Source: Vicugna vicugna (lineage: Eukaryota). From it: 64,000 bases of DNA. Positions 39,955-50,749 of this stretch are shown one piece after another. A model generated the notes under the pieces. The model had not been told where the DNA came from, ran no database searches, and was given only the letters and a program-made list of their open reading frames with translations. Location: the NCBI GenBank assembly GCA_013265495.1, contig MU058781.1, forward strand, positions 3,845,050 through 3,909,049. Reading direction: 5' to 3'. A program made the translations under genes and the position numbers. How positions within the stretch are numbered: the stretch's first letter is position 1; every line of letters starts with the position of its first letter.

Positions 39955-41280
39955 TAATTTTTGTCTTTTTATTATGGAAAAACTTTAAACATATTCAAAA
40001 GTAGAGAAAATGATAGAATGGATCCCATTTTTACTAATCACGAAGCCTTAACAATGATCAACATATGGCCAATCTAGCCTCATTTATCTGTCCCTCTCCC
40101 CACTGGATTGTTTTAAACAAAGCTCAGACGTCGTATTATTTCGTCTGTGACTACGTCAGGGTGTATCTTTAAAACAATAAAGAGACTTGCCTTTTTTTTA
40201 AAAAAAATGTAACCACAAGGCTATTAGCACACCATAAAACAGCATTCTATGCTGCCATCAAATATCTGATCAGTATTCAGATTTCCCTGATTATCTTGTA
40301 AATTTTCTTCTCCAGTTGGTATGTTAGAATCAGAATCCAAATAAGGACTACCCTGCCTTTAGTTGATAAATGTCTTAGGCCTCTTTTATTTTAATCTATA
40401 GGTTCACCCCCCTTTTTTTTTTCCCTTCCTTGCAATTTGTTGCAGAAGCCAGACCCTTTGCCTGTAGAGTTTTCTACAGTGTGAATTTTTGCTAATTCTA
40501 TCTCTATGGTGAAGCTTAATTTTTCTGTCCCCTGTATTTCCTGTAAACTGGTCATTAGAGCCAGAGGTTTGACAGATTTTCCATTTTTTTTTTGGTGAGA
40601 AGACTCCGGGGTAGGGATGGGGTGGGTATGTACTTTCTACTGCAGGACATGGCAGGGGGCCACGTACTACCTGGTCCCCCTCTCTGTGAGGTTAAGTTTG
40701 ACCTGTGAAAGGTGTCAGCCTGCTCCGTCCATTATAAACCTACCCATCTGCTTGTGCCTGTTTTAACAGCCAGTGCTAATTATTGTCTAGATCAGGGGCT
40801 GGCAAACTTTTTCTGTAAAGGGTCGGATAGTGAATATTTTAGGCTTTGAGAGCCATATGGTCTCGTCCCTGCAGACAGCAGCCTTGGGCAATACATGAAT
40901 GAGTGGGCCTGGCTGTGTTCCTATCAAACTTTATTTACCAGATTAGATTTGGCCCGTTGGCCATGATTTGCCAAGTCCTGACCCACATCAATTATTTCCT
41001 TAGGGGCTGCAAAATAATATTATAATATGGTCATTCTTTCTTTGTTTATTCATTGAAACGCTTCCATAAAGAGGAATTTTGCATCATCAATTACTTGGTT
41101 ACTCCAAGGAACTGTTTATAAAGGAAAGGCAGGAGAAATGCTTGAGTCTTTCCCTCTGTTTTCCATCATCAGAATAAGAAGTTAGTTTCCTAACAACAAC
41201 TTTCCAAAGTCAATCAGTTTGTTTTTTTAAGGATCATCATGAAACTATGGCTTTTTGACATATTTGATGTTTCAGTCCTC
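39955..41280 (-). mobile_element. L1MC4/5-like 3' region, interrupted by MER58
   Basis: ttattatggaaaaactttaaacatattcaaaagtagaga...ggccaatc...gaatcagaatccaaataagg...aaaggcaggagaaatgcttga. Confidence 0.65.
40793..40980. mobile_element. MER58A-like hAT MITE
   Basis: caggggctggcaaactttttctgtaaaggg...ggctgtgttcctatcaaactttatttac...tttgccaagtcctg, with TIRs. Confidence 0.85.
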
Positions 41281-42217
41281 CAAGAATTAGGCCCTGTAGA
41301 CCCACAGAAGAGCCCAGTGGCTGGTGTCTAACAGTCACATGGTAGTCATGTGGCACTTCCAAAGCGTTTTTTTTAACTCCCTGGCAGAATGTCTTTGTTT
41401 CACAGTTATTATAAAATGAATCAGTGGTCTCCGCCTTACAGTTGTAAAATCTGTGATGCTATGGTTTTCAGCTTTATTAGGTAAGAAAAACATTTCATAG
41501 TTTTTAGATTCAGAAATTAGATTCACTCTCAAGGTTATCCATAGTTATTTATCATTTACGTCCATTAAAACACTTGTTTTTATCATGACTAGGTCACTGC
41601 TAGGCAGAATAGGCATTTAAATGTTCATAATGTGTATTATTTAGTTAGCCTACAGTCTGGAATTTGATTTAATATCCTTTGGTATTTCATTAGTGCCAAG
41701 TGGAAAAAAATGGACATATTTAAAGAGCTCAAATTTAACATTTTTGTACATATGAAATGTTCTCTCCTGATTTATCAACCATATTTCACTTAAATCAGTG
41801 GCCTATTCTTGCTCCTCCACGCTTCTTTTCTCTGTGGTTTTAGCTGTTTGGACTCCTTGCCTGCATTTTCCTTCTGCGATATCCAGACTTTGACCCTAAA
41901 CCCACGGTGGTCTGTCTTCGCCTTAGTTGTTTGTGGTTTTGTGTGTCGTCTCCTTTAAGTGCTTGTATCACTGACCTGCCGCTGCTGTTGACACCTCCTT
42001 GTCCCTGTCTCTTTCCTTGGATTCAGGAATGACCTTTATTTTTTTTCTCACCCTCTTCTGGATTCCTTTTCTCTCTTCTCTTTCCCCAACCCATTAACAG
42101 TGTTCCCGAGTCTTGTTTTATCTCTTCTCAGCATTTCTCTCTTTCGTTCTCTCCGAGCTTCTTTTACTTCCTTGGGAAGCTCATAGTTTGCCAGCCTTGT
42201 TGGCATGATTGCAGGGA

Positions 42218-42238
42218 CCCCCCCCCCCCCCCCCCCCC
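42218..42238. repeat. Poly-C homopolymer (C21)
   Basis: Read directly. Confidence 0.9.
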
Positions 42239-44069
42239 ACATGCCCATGACCTCTAGAATGCTGTCTCCACTGCTGAGCTCTGTTTCTGTTTCTATGTTT
42301 ATTGTCAAAAATGAGATGTTTAAACTTTGACTCTTGTTTTTCAACAGCTGAAAATAAAACGCAGGAGAAGAGAGTACATCATGTTCCAGAGGAACCTTTT
42401 AAATGTATTCACGTCCCTCTTGGAGCTCCCGGTAGCTAGTTGATCAATGGACAGATTTTGAAGACGGGTGTAAAGCCTTCCAAGGGTTGCCTCCTGTTAG
42501 GTCTCCATTTCCGTCTTCTGCCGCCCCCTGGCTCTGGTACCTGCTGGCTGTCCTTTGCTTTAAAAGACTACTCTGTATGGCATTTGTCCACTTCATGTAT
42601 CTTGCCTCACTGCACGTTTCCCTTCTTTCCAGGAAGATTTTTTCTGGCTGAGTGCTGACCATTTTAAGGGACACCAGCGGCTGAACCCTTTTCCTCTCAA
42701 TCAGAAAATCGGGAGGAGTTTTTTTCATGACTTAGAAACTTCCCCAAACCCATTATTTTCTGGGCTGATAAGAATGGAAGCAATACTCTTCCTTTTGAAG
42801 GGATGTCTGACTTTTGGGAATGCAAGTGTTTAGTATGCCTGGCACACAACACAGTCACTTAACCTTAATGTGTAATAAATATAAAACTAACTTTTCTAAC
42901 AGCGTGCTTCTTTTCTTATACAAATACCATTTTTATCTCATTAAACACATGGCAGTTCTCTAGCCTAGTCTTCACAGGTGAGGATACGTCAGTCAAAGCT
43001 ACATTGTGTAGCTGTGTTGCAAAGTGACACGTTCATTAAGATTGAAGCTGAAAGGCCTTTTGGGAAAAGCCATTCAGGGCAAATAGATGCACTAAAATTA
43101 AATTTGTATTTCTGTTTCTCCTTGCCAAACTTGGATTAAGGCATATAGGAAATGTGGTAAAATTTAGAAAGTGATTTTTTTTTCCTTTAAGAATCTGTTT
43201 TGTCCATTATTAATCGAAGCATTTCATTAACTGTCTTGGTCACATTTTACTGAGTCAGAGCACAGTCAGACTTTGGTAAATATAAATGTACTCCATTCCA
43301 GGATGTGTTGTAGCCATTTTTATTAATGCTAGAGAAGAGATGGTATATTCTTTAGACTTATGGGAGGTGAGCAGAACATTTTGGGAGAGATGAAAAGACA
43401 AATGTTTTTGTTTGTGACTTTGTTTTTACTTTAAAATAGTATTATAAAAAGAACATATTTCTAGCTTTTACTGTATTTATAAGTTTGAGAAAGCTGTGAG
43501 TTTTGAGAATAGTAGTGATGACTGTTTTGCTTAGTATATAAGGAAACATTTGGAGAAAATTTAAAAGTTTTAAGGACAATATACCTCCCCAGCTTGATGT
43601 CCAGACACTTACAGAGAAACAATCCTATGGGAGTTATATTCTATGACTTTCGTTAGTGGGTACTTTTTTTTTATTCTTGAGTATCCTTGTGATGAGCCTA
43701 AACCTGAAGCTTACTGTGGATAAATATTTATGAAAATGGGATTTTTCAATGATGAAGATAAAAGAACTCATTCATTTGCTCAACATAGATTGAGGGCTTT
43801 CTAAATGCTATGATTTATGAATATTTTACATATGTTATTTTATGGGTAATGATTTCTGGGGAAGTTTAGCCAATCATATTCAATATTTCTTCACGGAAAT
43901 TACGGAATATTAGATTTATAACTTTAAAAATCTAGATTAAAAATGTATAGTATTCAAGACTGTTTAACAAGACAACATGCTGACTTTATTACACTTGGAA
44001 GGGTGTGTTGTCCCATCACACAGAGGTGGAGATCGGATAAGTCTTGGAGACAAAGTAATATATTTATTT

Positions 44070-45830
44070 ATAAGGCAAGATTTAATGAGTATTTACTCTG
44101 TGCTGGCTTCTGATAGGTGTTTGTGCCTTGTGGTAAACAGCTTATCAATGGCTCTTGTAGTCTTAGAGTTGTTCTAATAGAATGGAGAGCAGACAAATTA
44201 TCAGTCAAATTGGGCTTGTAGAGGTTTGTTGAAGAAAGTAAGCAGGGTGCTGTAATAGAAAATAAAGGATGAGAAATTTAAAAAATAAGGTACAGGTTTT
44301 CCTTACTATCTGAAAATAGAACATTCCTATAAAACCTTTTGTAAGCCGAAATGGCACAAAGCGAAAATGCAACAGCCTTAGGACATGTCTTGCTAACGGC
44401 TGCACAAAATAAATGGAGATAAAGCACAGATGCTCAAGGACACAGATCAGAGCTCTGGCGGTGGATGCTGAGATGCTGAGTGTGGTTCCGAGGAAGGAGC
44501 TTGGCAGGGCCGCTGTCGCCGCTCAGGGTGCCGCTGCCTCTGTGACAGCTGCTGCAAAATCAAGGATGAACGCTCTTTTTGCTTTTTGCCTTTTTTCTTA
44601 AAAGTGAAAATTCTCTTTGGATTTCTTTCGATTAGCGAAAACAGGTACTAACGTAGGTCTTCTATAAAAGCAAAGTGGCGTAAAGTGAACTTTCGGAAAG
44701 CAGGGGGATACCTGTAACTAGGCAGGCCCTCCTTGAGGACTTTATATTGAAGGTATATATTGAGATCTAGAGTAAGTTATGAGCTCGATAAGGACATTTC
44801 ATTTCAGCCTAAAGCAGAAAAGAGGTTGGACTGATCGTAGAACTTAACAAAGGCTATGTGGCAGGAAGGCAATACGGGCAGTGTTTCCAGACAAGACGTG
44901 AGAGATTGTACATAAGTACCTTGCTAGAAAGAGGTTGGACTGTTCACAGAACTTAAGTGTTTCCAGACAAGACGTGAGAGATTGTACATAAGTACCTTGC
45001 TGTATGGAATTCGGATTTTAATCTCTACATAATGGAGAACTATTGAACAGTGATGACTGTTTTGCTTAGCATATAAGGAAACATTTAGAGAAAATTTAAT
45101 AGCCTCAGTGACAAAGTATATACCTCCTCAGATTGGTGGGTATAAAAGTATAATATCATTTATATTTTCCGAAGCTCGTATTTGGCTGTTGCAAAGAAAA
45201 CAGTTTGTAGCAAGACAAAATAGAAGCAGGAACATCAGTTAGAAGGCAGTATTGTAATGGACAAGGTCAGAGGTTGGGTGAAATTGGAAGACTGGAGACA
45301 CACTTTGGAGGTAGAATTGCCTTGTCTCACCAGCGGGTCAGATGTGAGGAGTGAGATGTCTGTACAATCAAAGGTGACTCCTAGTTTTCGGCCTGAAAAA
45401 CAGAGAATGGCGATGCCACTTATTATGATGGGGAAACTGTGGTGCGTGTGGTGAGAAGTCAGGATCAAGACTTAGATTTAAGTTTGAAATGTCGATAAGA
45501 ATACAAATGGAGGTTGGAAGTGTCCCGTAGGCAGTCTAGAAGTCAGAGGCAAGGGATGAGCTGCAAGGACACAAAATCAGGGGAGCTGTCAGGTGGTATT
45601 TAAAGCCATGCGAGTAAACGAGATGATCCAAGGGAATGGGTACAAGTAAGAAGGAACAGCGGCTCAAGACCAATGCTAGGGGGCTCCTAAGGGAAGAGGA
45701 GGAGCTGGCAGAGAACACTGAGAAAGAGTGGTCAGCAAGTGAACTGGGGAAGCGGGACGTCAGAAGGGATGAGGAGCGAGGGCTTCGGGAGGAAGGGCCT
45801 GGGCACTGGGTGGAAAGCTCTTGAGAAATG
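44070..45830 (-). mobile_element. Fragmented L2, interrupted by a Tigger element and local duplications
   Basis: gagtatttactctgtgct..., atttggctgttg...agaagcagg, caaaggtgactcctagttttcggcctga, gtatttaaagccatg...gagatgatccaaggg. Confidence 0.6.
44293..44714. mobile_element. Tigger (Tigger6-like) TcMar DNA transposon deletion derivative
   Basis: TA|caggttttcc ... gggggatacctg|TA terminal inverted repeats with TA duplication; internal gtaagccgaaatggcacaaagcgaa. Confidence 0.8.
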
Positions 45831-45962
45831 AAACAGATTGAAGGCAGGAAAGGATCCCTTTACCTTTATAATCAACTTCCGCCTTCAGAAACCTCGCCTT
45901 ATTTGTCTTTGCATCTAGCACACAGCTTGACAGACATAGTAGGCATTGAGTAAATACTTGTT

Positions 45963-46235
45963 TTTAAAACATTTTTCAAAATTACTTTTAAATTTTTAAT
46001 TTTTAATTGAGGTGTAGTTAGTTACAATGTGTCAATTTCTGATGCACAGCATGTTTCTAGTCATATATATATACATACATATATTTGTTTTCGTATTCTT
46101 TTTCATTATAGGTTACTATAAGATACTGAATATAGTTCCCTGTGCTAAACAGAAGAAATTTGTTGTTAAATCTATTTTAATATAGTAGTTAATATCTGTA
46201 AATCTCGAACTCCCCAATTTATCCCTTCCTACCCA
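45963..46235 (-). mobile_element. Young L1 3' tail inserted into an L2 3' end
   Basis: Reverse of the tail seen at 62.9-63.1 kb. Perfect 14-bp TSD agtaaatacttgtt at 45949-45962 and 46236-46249. Confidence 0.9.
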
Positions 46236-46816
46236 AGTAAATACTTGTTGAATGATTAAATGAAAAATGTAATACCAAAAGAGGGCTACATCGTGTGTTT
46301 ACCAAGAATTAAAATCCAACTGTTGCTCTGTTAAGTGGATTTCTGTAGAAGTTGAAGATGACTTTCCTGTCAGTTACTAATATACTGATAAGAATGTTTT
46401 GAAAGTCTGATTTCAGCTGTGACTTCAAAAGTATAGTCGTGTAGTTTTTTGACCAGTAGGTATATTACCTCTGTCTTTCAAAAGAAAGGCAGTTCCGTTG
46501 ATTTGGAAGAAGAGGGAACATTCAAGTGTGTGTGAGTGTGTGTGTGTAATACTGGTTTCATTTAGTGAAATTGGCATCAAAATAATTAACTTTCTTCTAC
46601 CTAAGTTTGAAATTGTAGAAATGGTGCCAAGCACCTATGTTAGTTCTTTAGCCATTTAATTCTTTCTTGATATGGTTAGAGAGTTTATTAACTTTTGGCC
46701 AAGAGAAATCATTGGGGAAGGGATTAATAGCAAAGAGATTTGTCCAGTTGGGGAGACTCAGTCACTTTTAATAGTGTAAGTTGCAGCCTGTTTTCCTGTT
46801 AATCCTTGATCTTTTT

Positions 46817-46933
46817 GGGGGTGGGGGTAGGTTATTAGGTTTATTTATTTATTCTTTAATGGAGGTACTGGGGATTGAGCCCAGGACCTTGTTGATGCTA
46901 AGCACGTGCTCAACCATTGAGCGATACCCTCCC
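46817..46933 (-). mobile_element. tRNA-derived SINE, camelid Vic-1-like
   Basis: Minus strand reads gggagggtatcgctcaatggttgagcacgtgcttagcat...ggtcctgggctcaatccccagtacctcc, with A/B boxes, then (aaat)n, a C-rich stretch and an A tail. TSD tccttga(t/g)ctt at 46803-46813 and 46934-46944. Confidence 0.85.
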
Positions 46934-48809
46934 TCCTTGAGCTTCTTAAATTATATCTTTGCTTCTTCCAAGTAAAGAGTAAGGTACCAAGCATGGCCTG
47001 AGGTTGCAGGTGTGCATATACACAGGGCGAGGAGGACTTGCTGCTTCTCCCTCGTTGCTGGGTAGTCACTGGTTTAAAACCGCTGGCAAACGATGCATCA
47101 TCAGTTCCTCCCCTGTGTGTATAAATTGTGGCTTCTCATCCAAAATTAACAGCCTGGAGTTCTAGATCATTAACTTGGCTGTATTCTAATAAATAGATTA
47201 TGATTCACCATCAAATTAAATTGCTTAGTCTTGGAGGAGGGGTACAGTAAGAGTTCCAATCTTTGAGGAGAGTTTTCTGGAAGTGCTCAGAATGCTGCCA
47301 AGCAGCCAGCCATTAAAGGTTATTGGTGCTGGAAGTTAAATTCATTTAGAATCAGCTGTTGATCCTTCAAGAATGAGTGCTCTGCATCTGCAGAACTGCT
47401 TCTTCCCGGGTTTGCTATGTTGGAGCCTGTGATTTTAATGAGAAGGACTTCTCTTAATGAAAAGGCATAACCAAAACCCCCATCCCGAGACTGTCACGCT
47501 ACCCGAAAACTTAAAATATTGTCAATGTTCCCTAAGGGAGAACTATGTTAATCGGGACTGAGACCAGCATATTATTGGCGATTTGTAATTATTAACAGTG
47601 ACGTGAGTCTTTCAAACTCTAACTGGAAGCCAGCTCATGAAACTCCAGAAACTGGACTTTCCTGAAGGTAGATGCCACGTGTATGCTTTAAGCTTAATTG
47701 GAAACTCAGGTGCCATAAATACTAAGATCTGGAGTGTAGGGTTCTGTGAGTGAGAGAGTTGGCCTTAGAGAGATGGGATATACGTGTCATTTATCAGTAG
47801 CTGAGCTTAAAGCCAATGTTCTGCCTGGGTTATTCACAGAGAAGAAGGGTGCTTCAAGTACCAGACTCTCTCACATATTTTGGGGGATAGAATTATTAGA
47901 GAACTTAGGATGTCATAAAAACTGATGATCAAAAACTGAAAATGTTTGAAGAATGAGGTTCCGTTTAGCGCAAAAAGAAATTAAAGATAGAAGCAAGTCT
48001 TTAGCGCCGTCTCTGAAAACAGGAACCATAGATAATGAAAATGACAGCTTCTTAATTTGTATCAGTTTTTTGGTTAGAGAGCCCTTTTAAATTTATTGTC
48101 TCGCCATGTAGGGAGCAATGTTAATATTGTTTATTTTCCAGGATGGGAGGAGAATCCAGGAAATGAGAACTCAAACTTGGCAGTGGTTGCTGTTTCATAA
48201 GGGGGAAAATAGAACCTGTCCTGTTAATGCCAAATCAGAATGGTTGATGGACTCTGTGAGCATGATTCAGGCTAAATGAGAAATACATGGAAGAAACGAA
48301 ACTCACCCTGAGATGTTTAAAATTAATTTGCATGGATAGCAGACTGCGACACAGGCTAGAGCCCTGAACAGGCAAAAAATAGGATCGCAGTGATGGCTCA
48401 TCTTTTGAGCTCCCTTTGTCCTGACTTCTTACGTAATCTTGGGAAAAAGGCTTACCTTTTATGGGCATTTCCGTGTCTATCAAATGGGAGTTACGTTGCC
48501 CTTCACGGTCGTGAAGGTTATGCAATGTTTCTAAAATTTCTGAGCTTCTTAGAGAAACTCTCTTAATTAACAGAGGTCATTATAATAAAAATGATAAAAC
48601 TTTATATACAGAAGAATATATAGGAACTTTGTCTTGTCCAAGAATTTTCTAACCCAAACAAAAATTGCCAAAGTCTCAGGGTTGGGCAGCTTCAAAGTAT
48701 GTAAGGAAGTCTTCTTGGTAGGCACGACAGCCGCGGATAAATGAAGACCGTTTCTTTGGGACAGAGATTAACTCTGGAATAGTTTGGAAAGGGGTAGTTT
48801 GCATAAGGT

Positions 48810-49345
48810 GTTGGTTATCTGTTGTTACAAAACAAATCACCTCAAAACTTAGTAGCTTAAAACAGCAACCATTTTATGTGCTCAGGATTCTGAGGATCAG
48901 CAATTTCTGCTGGGCTCACTAAGGGTGATTTTTCTGCTGGTCTCTCTCTCAGGGTGCCTCTTTCAAATGGCTATTGTCACTAGTAGTTTCTCTGAGGCTG
49001 GCTGGTCTGTGATGGTCTCACCCACATGACTGGTATCATGTGACTGGCTTTTGTCTGGGCCTTAATCTCTCTCTCTGGTTTCTCATCTTCAGGGAGACAA
49101 ACCTGGGATTTTTCACCTGGTGGCCCAGAGTCCCAAGAAGGAGGCCAAGAGCAGAAGCTGCAAGGCACCCTGAGATCAGGATTGAGAACTCTTACAAAGT
49201 CACTGCAACTTTATTTTGTTGGTCAGAGCAAGTCACAAGGCCAGCCTAGATTTAAGGGGTGGGAAGTGGATTCCTCCACCCACTGATGGGCTGAATTGAA
49301 AGTCACATTGCCAGGGCTGTGGAGGGTTACTACAGCCATTTGACT
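48810..49345 (-). mobile_element. MaLR LTR (older MLT1 subfamily)
   Basis: aacaaatcacctcaaaacttagtagcttaaaacagcaacc...gcaagtcacaaggccagcctagatttaagggg. Confidence 0.75.
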
Positions 49346-50277
49346 ACCCCCACGCATGATGGAGGAAGGCCAAAGGATATTCTGGTAAAATGGTTTACTA
49401 AGAAATTAAAGATTGAAGTAGAAGAGTCACAACCAGGTGGGGAGGAAGACCCAAAACAGCCTGAGACCCAAACAGCAAAGACCCCAAACAAAGTTATAAA
49501 ATGTAGATATGAATGTTTTTGAAGCAGAAAAATACGAAGAATTCTTCTCTCATGGCTTTTTGATAAAACTGGCATGTGCCAATACAACTCTTTGAAATAA
49601 AATGTAGAACACTAGAGGTATTATTTCAAAAAAATATCCAAGGGAAATGTAAAAGGGTTCATATACTCTCAGGTGTCAAGTTTATGGATTCTTGAGGTCA
49701 GGCAGTTTGCTACAGAAGGAGAACAGAAGAATGTGCAGAATGGAGAATTTCAAAAATAGTTATGAACTTAGGGATTAAAATCAGTTTGATACATCCCTTA
49801 TGTAATAGTCTCTGAACCTGATACGTATCTTTATGTAATAGTCATTGAGCATGATTAGGACTGCCAAGGTTCTCTCAAATTAAACTTGACGTATCACAAA
49901 TTCCCACATTTCCCATCTGGATAAATATTTGAAAAAAAAATCCAGGAATTATAGTTGGCAAGGATTCTGGGAAGATAGCAAGGTAAAGTGGCCTACCATT
50001 CTCAATTCTTCTGTTTCTGCCTCTCCTGACCCAAACCATTCCTGGAGCCAAAAGAGCCCTGGGGTCAGGTGAAGCCCTGAGCTTTGCGGAAGTTGAGGGT
50101 GAGGGGGAACAGGTGGAGGTCTTCTTCCTGGGCTGGGCAGGGCTGGCAGTGAAGACTGGCATCCGGTGAGCCTGGGAGGACCAGAATGCATTGGATGCTA
50201 TAAAGAGCTTGACCTACAGAGACTGGGGGACTCGTGGGAGGAAAATCGAAAATCGCCCTCACCCCATTGTATGTGAA

Positions 50278-50280
<3 letters not shown>

Positions 50281-50316
<36 letters not shown>
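50281..50316. repeat. (TG)n(GA)n compound microsatellite
   Basis: Read directly. Confidence 0.95.
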
Positions 50317-50749
50317 CCAAGGAGAAGATGAACACTGAGACTGAATCCTCCCTGTCTTGTAGGCTGAAAGAGTGTGATAAGACTTTAGAGCAGAAAGTCT
50401 TCCTTCCTGGGGACTTGGCCCTGGTGCCTGCCTTCTGTCGCACAGCTAGGTCACCGGAGTGGAGACCACTGCGCTCCCTGCTCTCATAGAAGTGCAGTCA
50501 CGTGGGTCCTCCAACGATCAGACCAGAGCCCCAGTGATGTAGCAGAGGAATAATGGCCCCATGAACACATGGTTAATGCGACAGAGTGGCAGCTGGGGAC
50601 AGATGACTACCTGACAAAAAATAGTAAGAGCACATAAGGAGATTTAAATGCAGCGCAAGGAGACTTCCTAGAGAGGAAAGGCATGGTTTTCCAATCAAAC
50701 GTTTCAGTACATGAACTGATGGAGATGATGCTCTCTCCTGAGGCTTGAA

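Noticed and set aside
44817..45099. Repeat-spacer-like arrangement suggestive of a CRISPR array
   Set aside because: Only two copies per block, a mammalian intron context and no cas genes; explained by local duplication.
46817..46933. tRNA-like sequence
   Set aside because: Degenerate arms, an A-rich tail and TSDs identify a SINE, not a tRNA gene.
50341..50560. Alternative internal exon beginning after cctgtcttgtag (50362)
   Set aside because: Good acceptor but no convincing donor within normal exon distance.
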